Source: Synechococcus sp.
GTDB taxonomy: Bacteria > Cyanobacteriota > Cyanobacteriia > PCC-6307 > Cyanobiaceae
NCBI GenBank assembly: GCA_047285535.1
Contig: JBJBDC010000001.1
Location: 1,376,136-1,440,135, forward strand
Reading direction: 5' to 3'
DNA length: 64,000 bases
Part shown: positions 1 to 10,751 of the stretch, one piece after another
Numbering within the stretch: position 1 is the first letter of the stretch
Layout: each line of letters begins with the position of its first letter
Made by a program: the position numbers and the translations under genes
Notes under the pieces: generated by a model
Told to the model about the DNA's origin: nothing
Database searches by the model: none
What the model saw: the letters and a program-made list of their open reading frames with translations, nothing else

Positions 1-285
1 CTGGCCAGGCTCCAGGCCAAGTCTGCGAGTGTAAGCATGACCTATCAGCAGATTTCCATTCCCGTGCACCCGGGTCTTGAATTCAGCTTGTCGGCCTCTG
101 GCTCCTCCTCCCCCGGAACTGGCAGAGGGGAGTTTATATCCCTTTGCTTCCACCAAAGCCTTGTAAAAGCTCTTGCGCAGAACACGTCCGCTAGGACCGA
201 CGTAACCGCATCCCTTTGCAATTTCGTCCTCTGAGCGATTGCTGAGTGACCGGGCCCTATTCAGCAATTCCTGGCCAATGAGCAT
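1..285 (-). CDS. Cyanobacterial AbrB-like transcriptional regulator (cyAbrB); 3' end cut off by the window edge
   Basis: Not in the ORF track. Manual translation from ATG at 285 gives MLIGQELLNRARSLSNRSEDEIAKGCGYVGPSGRVLRKSFYKALVEAKG...GRQAEFKTRVHGNGNLLIGHAYTRRLGLEPGQ, with the cyAbrB motifs CGY and V.GNGNLLIG.AY. Confidence 0.9.
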   Translation of the reverse strand, partial: MLIGQELLNRARSLSNRSEDEIAKGCGYVGPSGRVLRKSFYKALVEAKGYKLPSASSGGGGARGRQAEFKTRVHGNGNLLIGHAYTRRLGLEPGQ

Positions 286-391
286 CTAACTCAAGAAATT
301 TGAAGTGCTTTTATTCTGGCCATACTTCACAAACCAGGCAAGAAAAATCTCGAAATTACTTATGAAGGCTCTAACGACCAAGAAGAAAAGC

Positions 392-1012
392 TCAGAGGAG
401 GTAGAGAATTACAAAAAGAACCACCCAGATGCCGTCAACAAAGTGCCAGTAGAGCTCTGCCGCCTCCAAGGGGAACTGATTGTCTGCCGTGACACGCCCT
501 TGAGGGGTACGACATTGCCACCACACAATCAAAATCATCAAGGCCCCTAGGGTCACGTGAAGACCGTGAAACCCAGTAAGAGCGTAAAAAGTACTGGCAT
601 AAAGGTTGTCATTCAACCCGAAAGGCAAGGTGAAATACTCCACCATCTGACTCAACAGGAAGGCAAACCCAAGACTCGCTGTTAATAGCAGCCATCGCCT
701 ACAGCGTTGCGAATCACCTCCGCGCAGATTCACTCCAGCACGATGGAACGTGAAGCTACTGACCAGCAGGAGGATGGTATTGAGTGTGGGCAGAGGAAGC
801 TCAAGTTCGTATATGGCCCCAGGGAGGAGGGGGTTAACAGCTTTGAACGTGAGATACGCGGCAAAAAAGCCAGCGAATGTCATGGCATCGGCCACCAAGA
901 ATGTGGCCAGGCCAAACATGCGATGGTCTGGGTGGCCTTCTTCTCCGTTGTCTCCATGCACTGGAATGTCTACCACCTGCTCTTGAGAAGATTGAGAAGA
1001 TAGAGAAGTCAT
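392..1012 (-). CDS. ctaE: Cytochrome c oxidase subunit III
   Basis: TGFHGLHV and YWHFVDGIW motifs; start placed at ATG 1012, which overlaps the ctaD stop (ATGA). Confidence 0.95.
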   Translation of the reverse strand: MTSLSSQSSQEQVVDIPVHGDNGEEGHPDHRMFGLATFLVADAMTFAGFFAAYLTFKAVNPLLPGAIYELELPLPTLNTILLLVSSFTFHRAGVNLRGGDSQRCRRWLLLTASLGFAFLLSQMVEYFTLPFGLNDNLYASTFYALTGFHGLHVTLGALMILIVWWQCRTPQGRVTADNQFPLEAAELYWHFVDGIWVVLFVILYLL

Positions 1013-2673
1013 CGTCCATTGCTCCAAACATCGCTGCCACTGGCATCCCTCAAATCAATTTGATCGGCTGAGATTCCATAGCCATAGGGATGAATCACCA
1101 AAGGAGGTTCTCCTTTCCAATTTTCTACGGGAGGTGGAGAACTGGTTAACCACTCGGGAGTTAAAGCGCGCCAAGGATTGTCTCCAGCGATCTCTCCCGA
1201 GCGTGCACTCACAAAGACATTCCAGAGAAATGGAAGGGTGCTTAAAGCCATCAGTAAGGCTCCAACACTGCTGATCTGATTCACAAAGGCAAATTGAGGG
1301 TCATACTCAGCAACACGCCTAGGCATTCCATTGAGTCCAAGCCAATGCTGGGGAGCAAAGCAAAGATTGAAACCTATGAACGTCAACAAAAAATGAAAAC
1401 GGCCTAGATGTTCATCTAGCATTCGTCCGGTAACTTTAGGGAACCAATGATAAATAGACGCAAAGATTACAAATACTGAACCTCCATAAACAATGTAATG
1501 GAAGTGAGCCACTACAAAATAAGTGTCGTGAACATGGACATCGAAAGGCACTTGCGCAAGTGCCACCCCAGTAATACCTCCGAGAACGAAATTGACAATA
1601 AAGCCGCAAGAAAAAAGAACCGCGCTATTAAGACTAATTTTTCCACCCCATAAAGTAGCCAGCCAATTGAAGAATTTGATACCTGTTGGCACAGCGATAA
1701 AGGCCGTAGCGATTGTGAAAAATAATCGCATCCAGGGAGGCGTGCCACTTGTAAACATGTGATGCGCCCAAACAACAAGTCCAAGAACAACTATCGCCAT
1801 AATCGAATACACCATCGTGGTGTATCCGAAAAGAGGCTTCCTGCAATGGATCGGAAGAATTTCACTCACCAAGCCAAATGCAGGCAACACCATAATGTAG
1901 ACAGCGGGGTGAGAATAAAACCAAAAGAGGTGTTGATAAACGACGACGTTTCCACCCATGCCCGGGTTGAAAAAGCCAGTATGAGCAACAATATCGAAAC
2001 TAAGAAGAATTAAGGTCCCCGCAAGAACTGGCGTCGAAAGAACAACCAGAATACTGGTGCCAAGCATGGCCCAGCAATACATCGGCAATTGCATAAGCTT
2101 CAAGCCAGGCCGACGCAATTTCAATATAGTTGCAATAAAATTAATTCCACCAAAAATCGAACTCCCCCCAAGCAATAGAACACTTAAGATCCAAATAATC
2201 TGACCAGTTGCAGGGGTCGTCAAACTCAGAGGCGGATAGGCCGTCCAGCCGGACTGTGCAGCACCACTAATAAAATAGCTTGCAATCAGGAGCAATCCTG
2301 AAGGAGGTATCAACCAAAAGGCAACGGCATTCAAACGAGGGAAAGCCATATCTCTTGCCCCTACATAGAAAGGAATCAAATAATTCCCAAAGGCACCATT
2401 CACTACTGGGACAATCCAAAGGAAGATCATCACTGTGCCATGCAAAGTGAGCACCTGATTGTAAACATCTCTAGGCATAAAGTCGGACACCGGGCTAGTC
2501 AGCTCGGTGCGAATAGCACCAGCCAAGGCACCGCCAATAAGATAAAAAGCAAAGCCACAAATCAGATATTGCAGTCCTATCACTTTGTGATCAACACTAA
2601 AACTGAAATAGCGAAGCCAACCAGAAGGCTGCAACGAAGGGGGCTTGTTTTGCTGGGTAAGAGTCAGTGTCAT
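1009..2673 (-). CDS. ctaD: Cytochrome c oxidase subunit I
   Basis: DHKVIG, GWTAYPPLS, WFYSHPAVY, WAHHMF and VVAHFHY heme/CuB ligand motifs. Confidence 0.98.
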   Translation of the reverse strand: MTLTLTQQNKPPSLQPSGWLRYFSFSVDHKVIGLQYLICGFAFYLIGGALAGAIRTELTSPVSDFMPRDVYNQVLTLHGTVMIFLWIVPVVNGAFGNYLIPFYVGARDMAFPRLNAVAFWLIPPSGLLLIASYFISGAAQSGWTAYPPLSLTTPATGQIIWILSVLLLGGSSIFGGINFIATILKLRRPGLKLMQLPMYCWAMLGTSILVVLSTPVLAGTLILLSFDIVAHTGFFNPGMGGNVVVYQHLFWFYSHPAVYIMVLPAFGLVSEILPIHCRKPLFGYTTMVYSIMAIVVLGLVVWAHHMFTSGTPPWMRLFFTIATAFIAVPTGIKFFNWLATLWGGKISLNSAVLFSCGFIVNFVLGGITGVALAQVPFDVHVHDTYFVVAHFHYIVYGGSVFVIFASIYHWFPKVTGRMLDEHLGRFHFLLTFIGFNLCFAPQHWLGLNGMPRRVAEYDPQFAFVNQISSVGALLMALSTLPFLWNVFVSARSGEIAGDNPWRALTPEWLTSSPPPVENWKGEPPLVIHPYGYGISADQIDLRDASGSDVWSNGR

Positions 2674-3494
2674 GCCTCGGAAACAGGGAGCTTGCGATTG
2701 GCTTGGAACCAGGATTCATAGTCATCGGCCGACTCAACTACCACGGTGGAACGCATTCCACCGTGGTAAGGACCACAGAGTTCAGCACACACAACTGGAT
2801 AACGACCTAGGCGTGTTGGAGTGAAATTGAGCAGGGTCGGCTGGCCTGGAATGATGTCCTGTTTCAGCCGGAATTCTGGAACCCAGAACGCATGGATAAC
2901 ATCCTTAGCCTCCATACGCAATGAGACAGGACGTCCTGAAGGCACATGCAATTCACCTGAAACAATGTCACCATCGGGGTAATGAAAAAGGAAGGCAAAC
3001 TGCATCGCCGTCACCTCAACAGGAAGGGGAGACATGGCCATTTCTGAATTGGCTTGCATGGCACCAGCAGTTCCTATCCCTGCCCAGACTCTTTCCTCAT
3101 TGGCCTGAGAGCTTCCGTGTCCACCATGCATAAGGGGAACCATTCCCCCCATCCGTTCATAGATGTCGTAGCTGAATAAACCTACAAAAAGAACGACAAT
3201 GGCAGGGACAGCAGTCCAAAAAATCTCTAGTGGCAGATTGCCTTCAATAGAAATTCCATCACCGATCTGACCAGATTTCCTGCGAAAACGAACCAGACTG
3301 AAAACCACCAGCCCTACTATTCCTATAAACAGAATCGTACCGATACTGAACAGGACACGAAACAACTCGTCGTAAATGGGTGCATTGACACTGGCATCAA
3401 CGGGAAGAAGGTTGATGTTTTGGCCAATCCACAAGCCACCCAGCACAAGAATCATTCCCAGCACAAGGGTGAGAATTGCTGAGGGGATAGGCAC
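2670..3494 (-). CDS. ctaC: Cytochrome c oxidase subunit II
   Basis: CuA motif DVIHAFW...CAELCGPYHGGM; ATGA overlap with ctaD. Confidence 0.97.
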   Translation of the reverse strand: MPIPSAILTLVLGMILVLGGLWIGQNINLLPVDASVNAPIYDELFRVLFSIGTILFIGIVGLVVFSLVRFRRKSGQIGDGISIEGNLPLEIFWTAVPAIVVLFVGLFSYDIYERMGGMVPLMHGGHGSSQANEERVWAGIGTAGAMQANSEMAMSPLPVEVTAMQFAFLFHYPDGDIVSGELHVPSGRPVSLRMEAKDVIHAFWVPEFRLKQDIIPGQPTLLNFTPTRLGRYPVVCAELCGPYHGGMRSTVVVESADDYESWFQANRKLPVSEA

Positions 3495-3721
3495 GAAACT
3501 CCTTGTTTATCTCATATCAGACTATGGAGAACACATGCCTTCTTCATGCAGTGATTGTTAAAGCAGCCTGAAGTTCCTGCTAACAATGCTGTTTCAGGGC
3601 GTTGTTGTCAGCAAAGGGAGATGTTTGTGCCCTTGAAAATGTTGGAGACCTGTAAATAGCGTGACGTTTGAGATCAGATCGCTACTTTCAAAAACACACC
3701 TGTCAATTGGAGGGATAGACG

Positions 3722-4654
3722 ATGACTTCATCGTCAATAGTTCCAATTCGTCGTCGACTGGCTCAGTTAGCTGCTCATCTCGTTGTGGCTCTTATCGCCC
3801 TAGTGGTAGTTGGGGGAGCCACACGTGTAATGGAGGCAGGGCTTGCTTGTCCTGATTGGCCTCTCTGTTACGGAAGCCTGCTGCCCGGACGTCAGATGAA
3901 TCTCAAGGTTTTCTTGGAGTGGTTCCATCGCCTCGATGCCTTTGTGGTGGGGGTGGCCCTTCTCGTCCAGCTCGGAGCCTCCTGGTTATGGAGAAAGGAA
4001 TTACCAAGGTGGTTGCTCCCAATCAATTTTCTCCTGGTTTTGCTGGTGGTCCTTCAGGGAGGCCTGGGAGCACTCACCGTTCTTCAACTGCTGCCTTCCG
4101 CTGTCGTCACAGCCCATCTTGTTCTTGCCTTGACCCTCGTGATTGCGATGAGTGGCCTAACGCAAAGGCTGCTCCAAAAAGGCTCAAACGAATGTATCGC
4201 CCCTCGATGGTGGCCTTGTCTAGGCGGAGTCAGCCTTACCGCCGTTTCCGCGCAATGCCTGCTCGGAGGGCGAATGGCAACATCTTGGGCAGCACAACGA
4301 TGCTTAGAGGGTGGTCAGGCCTGTCAATGGCTCCACTGGCATCGAAGTGGCGCCATGCCAGCTGCAGGCTGTGTCTTGCTGTTCGTTGCCACGGGCTTGA
4401 TTGCCGGTGGTTGGCCCCGGCAACAGTGGCCATTGCTCATCGCTGCCTCTGTCCTGGTATCAGCACAGATTTTTTTGGGGGTTTTCACGTTGCGACTTGG
4501 TCTAAGTCAACCCGTGGTGACGGTGTGCCATCAACTTGTTGCCTGCCTACTCGTTGCCGTCCTCGCAGCACTCACATGGAGGCGTCCGACTTCAGCCCAA
4601 TCGCCTCTCAAGAACGATCTCGATTCTTCAACCCTGGAGCCCTGTCATGGCTAG
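3722..4654 (+). CDS. ctaA: Heme A synthase (COX15/CtaA)
   Basis: [10 protein letters not shown] and EWFHR motifs, multi-pass membrane protein, divergent from ctaCDE. Confidence 0.92.
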   Translation: MTSSSIVPIRRRLAQLAAHLVVALIALVVVGGATRVMEAGLACPDWPLCYGSLLPGRQMNLKVFLEWFHRLDAFVVGVALLVQLGASWLWRKELPRWLLPINFLLVLLVVLQGGLGALTVLQLLPSAVVTAHLVLALTLVIAMSGLTQRLLQKGSNECIAPRWWPCLGGVSLTAVSAQCLLGGRMATSWAAQRCLEGGQACQWLHWHRSGAMPAAGCVLLFVATGLIAGGWPRQQWPLLIAASVLVSAQIFLGVFTLRLGLSQPVVTVCHQLVACLLVAVLAALTWRRPTSAQSPLKNDLDSSTLEPCHG

Positions 4655-5657
4655 TTCAGCTTCAGTCGGTCCGATTCCCCCTGTTCTGACAAGAGACGAG
4701 GTTGTTCCCTCTCGAAAGCGAATCAAACTGCCTCCCTGGCTTGAAGTTGCTAAGCCGAGGCTCATTCCTCTTCTACTCGCAACCACTCTTGGCGGTATGG
4801 CGCTAACTGAAGGTTGGCCCCTCTCCTCTCCCCGTCTTGCCTGCACACTTGGTGGCGGTGCTTTAGCAGCAGCAGCAGCAGGGGTTCTCAACTGTCTCTG
4901 GGAACAGGAGCTGGATGGTCGCATGGTGCGTACAAGCGGTCGTGCACTTCCCTCAGGACGGCTCTCCCCTGCAGCGGCATTTATTGGTGCAGTGTCGTGC
5001 ACCCTTGCCGCTGCAGCGCTTCTTGTCAGTGGGGTCAATTGTCTGGCTGCAGGACTCTCACTGTTAGGTCTCTGCAGCTATGTACTGCTTTACACCGCGC
5101 TTCTTAAACCACGAACAACACAAAATATTGTCGTCGGTGGTGTCGCCGGAGCCATCCCTCCCTTGGTTGGAGCTGCTGCTGCAACTGGACATGTGGGGCT
5201 AGGCGGCTGGTGGCTCTTTGCCCTAGTCATGGTATGGACGCCTGCCCATTTCTGGGCACTAGCTCTGCTTTTGCATGATGACTATCGGGCAGTGGGCATC
5301 CCAATGCTCCCAGTCGTCAAAGGGCCGTTGGTCACGACAAGAGCCATTCGGAGATACGGATGGGCAACTATTTTGCTGAGCTTTTTAGGGATCTGGGCCT
5401 TACCTGAAGGCGGAGTCTTGTACGGCTTATTGATCCTTCCCTTTAATGGACGGTTACTACAGATGGTGGAACGCCTGGCTGCTGAACCCAACAGCCTTGA
5501 TCGCGCTAAAGGATTATTTCGCTGGTCCATCCTCTATTTGTTTGGAATCTGCCTATTGCTTGTCCTCAGCAGACTGTCTGGTTCCGCTCAATTTGATCTG
5601 CAAGTTAGAGAAGTCGTCGACATCCTCTCGGGTGGCTTTCTTCCTGTTGCTTCCTAG
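4647..5657 (+). CDS. ctaB: Protoheme IX farnesyltransferase (heme O synthase)
   Basis: [17 protein letters not shown] and [10 protein letters not shown] motifs; start placed at ATG 4647 (MASSASV). Confidence 0.95.
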   Translation: MASSASVGPIPPVLTRDEVVPSRKRIKLPPWLEVAKPRLIPLLLATTLGGMALTEGWPLSSPRLACTLGGGALAAAAAGVLNCLWEQELDGRMVRTSGRALPSGRLSPAAAFIGAVSCTLAAAALLVSGVNCLAAGLSLLGLCSYVLLYTALLKPRTTQNIVVGGVAGAIPPLVGAAAATGHVGLGGWWLFALVMVWTPAHFWALALLLHDDYRAVGIPMLPVVKGPLVTTRAIRRYGWATILLSFLGIWALPEGGVLYGLLILPFNGRLLQMVERLAAEPNSLDRAKGLFRWSILYLFGICLLLVLSRLSGSAQFDLQVREVVDILSGGFLPVAS

Positions 5658-5686
5658 ATTCTTTACTCTCGTTTGTGGACGGATCA

Positions 5687-6700
5687 ATGTCCCTGATCGT
5701 GCTCGATCACCTGGATAAGTCCTTCGGGACCATATCAGCGCTCAGGGACTTGAGCTTGAGAGTCCCGAAAGGGTGTCTTTACGGATTGCTGGGACCGAAC
5801 GGCGCAGGAAAAACCACAACTCTGAGAATTCTGGCCACCCTTCTGTCTCCAGATCTTGGTGAGGTTCGAATAGCAGGCCTTGATGCTTTGAGTGATCAGC
5901 GAGAGATTAGACGCCTCATCGGTTATGTCGCCCAAGAGGTTGCTATTGACAAGATTCTCACGGGTCGAGAACTGCTTGAACTTCAAGGCGATCTTTATCA
6001 CTTACCTCCACAACACAGAAACCAGCGCATCGATGAACTCATCAAGATGCTGGGCATGGTTTCCTGGATTGACCGTCGCTGCGGAACCTATTCCGGGGGA
6101 ATGAGACGTCGTCTCGATCTGGCCTCTGGCCTCCTACATCGTCCACAGCTCCTCATCCTGGATGAACCGACTGTGGGACTTGACATTGAAAGTCGGGCTG
6201 TGATCTGGAACGTGCTCCGTGAGCTAAGAGACGAAGGAACAACAATTTTGCTGAGCACTCATTACCTCGAGGAAGTGGAAGCACTCGCTGATCGAATGGC
6301 CATTATTGATGCTGGAACGGTGATTGCTGAGGGCACTCCGAACGAGCTAAAGAAGCATCTCGGAGGAGATCGCGTGACCTTGCGGGTGCGTGAATTCAGC
6401 AATGAACAAGAGGCTGAGACGATTCGTGATTTGCTGCAACCGCTGGATGGCATTCAGAACATTGTGATTAATCGATCTCAGGGCTACTCCCTCAATCTTG
6501 TTGTTGAGGGAGAACAGGTCCTTCCCCGCCTTCGCCTTTGCCTAAAGGATGCCGGCCTTCCAGTGTTCGCCCTTGCCCAAAGCCGGCCCAGTCTTGACGA
6601 TGTCTATCTTCAAGCCACAGGACGCACCTTGATGGATGCCGAACTGGCGATTGCTGGTCAACGTGATCCCAAGCAAGAACGCAAGCAATCCATGCGGTAA
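5687..6700 (+). CDS. ABC transporter ATP-binding protein (DrrA-like)
   Basis: Walker A GPNGAGKTT, signature YSGGMRRR, Walker B LLILDEPT. Confidence 0.93.
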   Translation: MSLIVLDHLDKSFGTISALRDLSLRVPKGCLYGLLGPNGAGKTTTLRILATLLSPDLGEVRIAGLDALSDQREIRRLIGYVAQEVAIDKILTGRELLELQGDLYHLPPQHRNQRIDELIKMLGMVSWIDRRCGTYSGGMRRRLDLASGLLHRPQLLILDEPTVGLDIESRAVIWNVLRELRDEGTTILLSTHYLEEVEALADRMAIIDAGTVIAEGTPNELKKHLGGDRVTLRVREFSNEQEAETIRDLLQPLDGIQNIVINRSQGYSLNLVVEGEQVLPRLRLCLKDAGLPVFALAQSRPSLDDVYLQATGRTLMDAELAIAGQRDPKQERKQSMR

Positions 6701-6739
6701 CAACCTGCCTCTCTTGATCTGATTTTCATAGTGCGTGCC

Positions 6740-7597
6740 ATGACAACGCCCCGTCTCACCATCGATGCCAATCAAACCTCATCTCGAGGAGCTTTGACTG
6801 AGCTAATCCAGGAAACGACAGCCTTGACGCGACGCCTGTTCCTGCAGCTCAAGCGTCGGCCATCCACGTTGATTGCCGGTGTTCTGCAACCGCTGATCTG
6901 GTTGATTTTATTTGGAGCTCTTTTCTCGAAAGCTCCAGAGGGACTTTTGCCCGGTGGGATGAGCTATGGACGTTTCCTCGGCGCTGGAGTGATTGTGTTC
7001 ACAGCTTTTAGCGGTGCACTCAATGCAGGACTGCCTGTCATGTTTGACCGTGAGTTTGGATTTCTCAACCGATTGCTCGTCGCTCCGTTAAGGAGTCGAA
7101 GTTCGATCGTCTTCGCCTCAGTGATTTACATCACCACATTGAGTCTGATGCAGAGTTTGGCGATCTTGATAACAGCTGCGTTACTCGGATATGGATGGCC
7201 TGGGACCGGAGGGCTCTTAGTGGTGTTGGTCACCCTGCTGCTGTTGGTTTTTGCAGTCACGGCATTAAGCCTGGGACTGGCCTTTGCCTTACCCGGCCAC
7301 ATCGAATTAATTGCAGTGATTTTTGTAGCCAATCTGCCACTGCTGTTTGCCAGTACCGCACTGGCTCCTCTGAGCTATATGCCGGTGTGGATGGGCTGGC
7401 TAGCAGCCTTAAATCCCCTTACCTTCGCGATAGAACCAATTCGAGCAGCCTATTCAGGCCCACTCGATCTTTCCGTGGTTCTCTTGGATGCCCCCTACGG
7501 TTCAGTTACTGGACAAACTTGTTTGCTAGTTCTGACCGTGCTCACCCTCGGGTTGTTTCTACTGATACGACCACTGCTCAATCGAAAACTCTCTTGA
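6740..7597 (+). CDS. ABC-2 type transporter permease
   Basis: About six hydrophobic helices, DREFGFL.RLLVAP motif, follows the ATPase. Confidence 0.9.
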   Translation: MTTPRLTIDANQTSSRGALTELIQETTALTRRLFLQLKRRPSTLIAGVLQPLIWLILFGALFSKAPEGLLPGGMSYGRFLGAGVIVFTAFSGALNAGLPVMFDREFGFLNRLLVAPLRSRSSIVFASVIYITTLSLMQSLAILITAALLGYGWPGTGGLLVVLVTLLLLVFAVTALSLGLAFALPGHIELIAVIFVANLPLLFASTALAPLSYMPVWMGWLAALNPLTFAIEPIRAAYSGPLDLSVVLLDAPYGSVTGQTCLLVLTVLTLGLFLLIRPLLNRKLS

Positions 7598-7601
7598 TCC
7601 T

Positions 7602-8042
7602 GTGACTGCGTCTTCGTTTCAGCCGCTCAATCCTCGACAACTTGACCTACAGCGTCGCTTGCTGGTCGCCCATGACTTGAGGAAAACCACGTTGGTCGCA
7701 CAACTGGAGCTGCAGTGGGTGCATCGGTATGGCTTGACCTCACTTCCGAAACACACTGCTAACCCAGCAGACCGATCTGTCACACATACATTGAGTTCTG
7801 AGGCGGAACCCAGCCTTGAAGTTTTAGACGACTTCAGCGATCAAGCCACTGAAACAAAATCATCCCAAGTGACAGATCTTTTAGGCGACTCTCTAGAAGA
7901 CGTGGGTGACATTGTTGAAGCAACAGCTGATCGTTGTGACCAGCCACTAACAATCACACCTCCTCCCATGGCTCCAGGACCACAACGATTTCGTCGCTGG
8001 CTGATCGCAACGTCAGAAGATCACTATCTGCAGGCATCCTGA
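7602..8042 (+). CDS. Hypothetical protein
   Basis: 146-aa ORF that fills the gap between the permease and nanE on the same strand (4 and 5 bp spacers). Confidence 0.7.
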   Translation: MTASSFQPLNPRQLDLQRRLLVAHDLRKTTLVAQLELQWVHRYGLTSLPKHTANPADRSVTHTLSSEAEPSLEVLDDFSDQATETKSSQVTDLLGDSLEDVGDIVEATADRCDQPLTITPPPMAPGPQRFRRWLIATSEDHYLQAS

Positions 8043-8047
8043 AGACC

Positions 8048-8749
8048 ATGACAGTTCCATCACGGAACCAGCTTGCGGGCGGTCTGATTGTGTCAGTTCA
8101 AGCTCCAGAAGGATCTCCAATGCGACATCCTGATGTGATTGGCGCGATGGCTGAATCCAGTCTTAGGAATGGCGCGATTGGGGTACGCCTCGAGAGCCCA
8201 GAACACATCGGAGCGGTTCGGAACCGCTGTCCAGATGCTCTCATCATTGGTCTCTGGAAGCGTACATACCCAGATAGTGCTGTCTACATCACCCCCTGCT
8301 GGGAGCATATTCGAGCGGTTTGGGCCGCGGGAGCTGACATCATCGCCCTCGATGCAACATCACGCCAAAGACCGAACAAGGAAGTCCTAGCCGAACTTGT
8401 GACACGAAGCAGAGACGAGTTAGGTGCACCTCTGATGGCCGATGTGGACTCGATTGATCACGGACTGCAAGCGGCCTCAATGGGATGTTCTTGGGTTGGA
8501 ACCACTCTCTATGGATATACAGAGCAGACAGAGGATCAAACTCCCCCTGGCTATCGCTTGATTTCTCCGTTAAGGAATCAACTTCCTCACGATGTCACCC
8601 TGATTTGCGAGGGCGGGATTCGATCCTCTGATTCAGCACTCCAGGCGATTGATCATGGAGCAGATTTAGTGGTGGTCGGCACTGCTATTACTGGAATCGA
8701 TCTCCAAGTCGCCGAATACATCGGGACCCTAAGAAGGCAGGATGGGTGA
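8048..8749 (+). CDS. nanE: N-acetylmannosamine-6-phosphate 2-epimerase
   Basis: GLIVSVQA, IIGLWKR, VGTTLYGYT, EGGI and VVVGTAIT motifs. Confidence 0.9.
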   Translation: MTVPSRNQLAGGLIVSVQAPEGSPMRHPDVIGAMAESSLRNGAIGVRLESPEHIGAVRNRCPDALIIGLWKRTYPDSAVYITPCWEHIRAVWAAGADIIALDATSRQRPNKEVLAELVTRSRDELGAPLMADVDSIDHGLQAASMGCSWVGTTLYGYTEQTEDQTPPGYRLISPLRNQLPHDVTLICEGGIRSSDSALQAIDHGADLVVVGTAITGIDLQVAEYIGTLRRQDG

Positions 8750-8761
8750 GTCTCGTAAGAC

Positions 8762-8950
8762 TTGGCCATGTTGCTCAAAATTACTTTCCCTGTCTTACTT
8801 AGCGGCGCTTTTTTTGGGCTGCCGATAGCAAGGCTTCCAATGTCAGAACTTCAGGCCCTCAATCGGGAACTTGGGAGGCTGTGTAACCAACCTCCCCGCG
8901 AAGCGTTATCGGTCTGCCGCATTCACGCTCGTCTCGTGGGATCCCTCTAA
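8762..8950 (+). CDS. Small hypothetical protein with hydrophobic N-terminus and two Cys
   Basis: 62-aa ORF that fits between nanE and the groEL stop. Confidence 0.6.
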   Translation: MAMLLKITFPVLLSGAFFGLPIARLPMSELQALNRELGRLCNQPPREALSVCRIHARLVGSL

Positions 8951-8958
8951 GCAAGGGA

Positions 8959-10632
8959 TTACATCATTCCCATACCGCCCATGCCGCCCATGCCGCCCAT
9001 TGGGTCCATACCACCGCCCATTCCACCCATTGGGTCGCCACCGCCTCCAGCAGGAGCAGGTGGCTCAGGCTTATCGGCAACCACAACCTCAGTTGTTACC
9101 ACCAACGATGCAATGGAGACAGCATCTTGAAGAGCAAGACGAACAACTTTGGATGCATCCAGAATCCCTGCATTCATTAGGTTTTCAAAGCTTCCAGTGA
9201 GAGCGTTGAACCCCTCTCCACTATTGAGCACTCGATTCACCACCACATCACCATTAGCACCTGCGTTCTCAGCGATCTGACGAAGGGGAGCACTCAGGGC
9301 TCGCTGAACAATTTCCATGCCGGTCTTTTGATCACCTTGCAACCCAGCAGTCAAGCCATCAAGCTCGCCTGCAATATGGAGCAGTGTTGATCCTCCTCCA
9401 GCCACAATTCCTTCTTCCACAGCTGCACGAGTGGCGTTTAAAGCATCTTCAATCCTTAGCTTGCGATTCTTAAGCTCAGTTTCTGTTGGAGCACCGACCT
9501 TGATCACAGCCACTCCTCCAGCGAGCTTGGCAATGCGCTCGTTGAGTTTTTCTTTGTCGTAGTCCGAATCCGTGTTCTCAAGTTCACGCTTAATGGAAGC
9601 GACGCGTGCACTAACCGCATCTCTGCTGTCATCACTTGCCACGATGGTGGTGCTGTCCTTACTGATCGTGATACGACGTGCTCGGCCCAGATCGTCCATC
9701 GTCACTTTATCGAGGGTCATCGCCCTGTCTTCACTAATGACTTGACCACCAGTCAGGACAGCAATATCCGCAAGAGCCGCTTTACGGCGATCTCCAAACG
9801 ATGGAGCCCGCACCGCTGCAACCTGAAGAACCCCTCTGTTCTTATTCACAACAAGGGTGGCTAGGGCTTCGCCGTCAACTTCTTCAGCCACGATCACCAA
9901 GGGGGAGCCTGATTTCTGAACCGTTTCCAACACTGGAACCAAATCGGCTACAGAGCTGATCTTGCGATCTGTGAGCAGCAGCAACGCATTTTCGAACTCA
10001 CAGATCTGGCGATCACCATCGGTGACGAAATAAGGAGAGCTATAGCCACGATCAAAAGCCATGCCCTCAGTCACTTCAAGTTCAGTAGCGAGAGACTTTG
10101 ATTCCTCCACGGTGATCACCCCATCAAAACTCACCTTGTCCATCGCTTCAGCGACCATGCGACCGACCTCCTCATCTCCGCCTGAACTGACCGTTGCAAC
10201 CTGGCGTATCGCGTCACCACTGACAGCCTGGCTGCGCTTATTCAGGCTCTCAACCACAGCAGCAACAGCTTTTTCCATACCCCGACGAAGCTCGATAGGA
10301 CTCGCTCCTGCTGCCGTATTGCGCAGGCCCTCCTCAACCATCGCCTGAGCGAGAACGGTGGCCGTTGTGGTGCCATCACCAGCTTTGTCCTTGGTCTTCG
10401 AAGCAACCTGCTGAATCAGCTTGGCTCCAATGTTTTCAAACGGATCTGCAAGTTCGACTTCTTTAGCAATGGTGTCACCGTCATTCACGATGTCTGGCGA
10501 GCCGAATGACTTCTCGAGCACCACGTTGCGGCCACGAGGACCGATCGTCACCCGAACAGCATCGGCAAGGGCATTCATTCCTCGCTCGAGAGCTTCACGT
10601 GATTCGTTCGAGAAGCTGAGAAGTTTGGACAT
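8959..10632 (-). CDS. groEL2: Chaperonin GroEL, monocistronic groEL2 paralogue
   Basis: [11 protein letters not shown] motif, GGM-repeat tail, no groES upstream. Confidence 0.97.
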   Translation of the reverse strand: MSKLLSFSNESREALERGMNALADAVRVTIGPRGRNVVLEKSFGSPDIVNDGDTIAKEVELADPFENIGAKLIQQVASKTKDKAGDGTTTATVLAQAMVEEGLRNTAAGASPIELRRGMEKAVAAVVESLNKRSQAVSGDAIRQVATVSSGGDEEVGRMVAEAMDKVSFDGVITVEESKSLATELEVTEGMAFDRGYSSPYFVTDGDRQICEFENALLLLTDRKISSVADLVPVLETVQKSGSPLVIVAEEVDGEALATLVVNKNRGVLQVAAVRAPSFGDRRKAALADIAVLTGGQVISEDRAMTLDKVTMDDLGRARRITISKDSTTIVASDDSRDAVSARVASIKRELENTDSDYDKEKLNERIAKLAGGVAVIKVGAPTETELKNRKLRIEDALNATRAAVEEGIVAGGGSTLLHIAGELDGLTAGLQGDQKTGMEIVQRALSAPLRQIAENAGANGDVVVNRVLNSGEGFNALTGSFENLMNAGILDASKVVRLALQDAVSIASLVVTTEVVVADKPEPPAPAGGGGDPMGGMGGGMDPMGGMGGMGGMGMM

Positions 10633-10695
10633 AATGTGTCAGGAACACGATGGTCAATCGCTCCCAGCGTCTATGACCACCTACACCTCTCGGAA

Positions 10696-10711
10696 GTGGG
10701 GAAAGCCGAAT
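10696..10711 (-). promoter_or_regulatory. K-box-like element upstream of groEL2
   Basis: Minus strand reads ATTCGG-CTTT-CCCCAC against the recalled K-box consensus GTTCGG-NNAN-CCNNAC (2 mismatches), about 65 nt upstream of the ATG. Confidence 0.4.
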
Positions 10712-10751
10712 CCATAAGCCAGCAAGCAAACGGTGAGGTTATGGTCCTGGT

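Noticed and set aside
1..300. Plus-strand ORF 37..234 or a structured RNA at the window start
   Set aside because: Explained by the minus-strand cyAbrB coding sequence.
3577..3613. Imperfect inverted repeat in the ctaC/ctaA divergent promoter region
   Set aside because: Too degenerate to assign to a known operator such as NtcA, Fur or CRP without comparative data.
3856..4689. 277-aa alternative-frame ORF within ctaA
   Set aside because: Shadow frame of a well-supported gene; Arg/Ser/Cys-rich with no motif.
8962..9045. Short tandem repeats (ccgcccatg) at the groEL 3' end
   Set aside because: They encode the normal GGM tail of GroEL.
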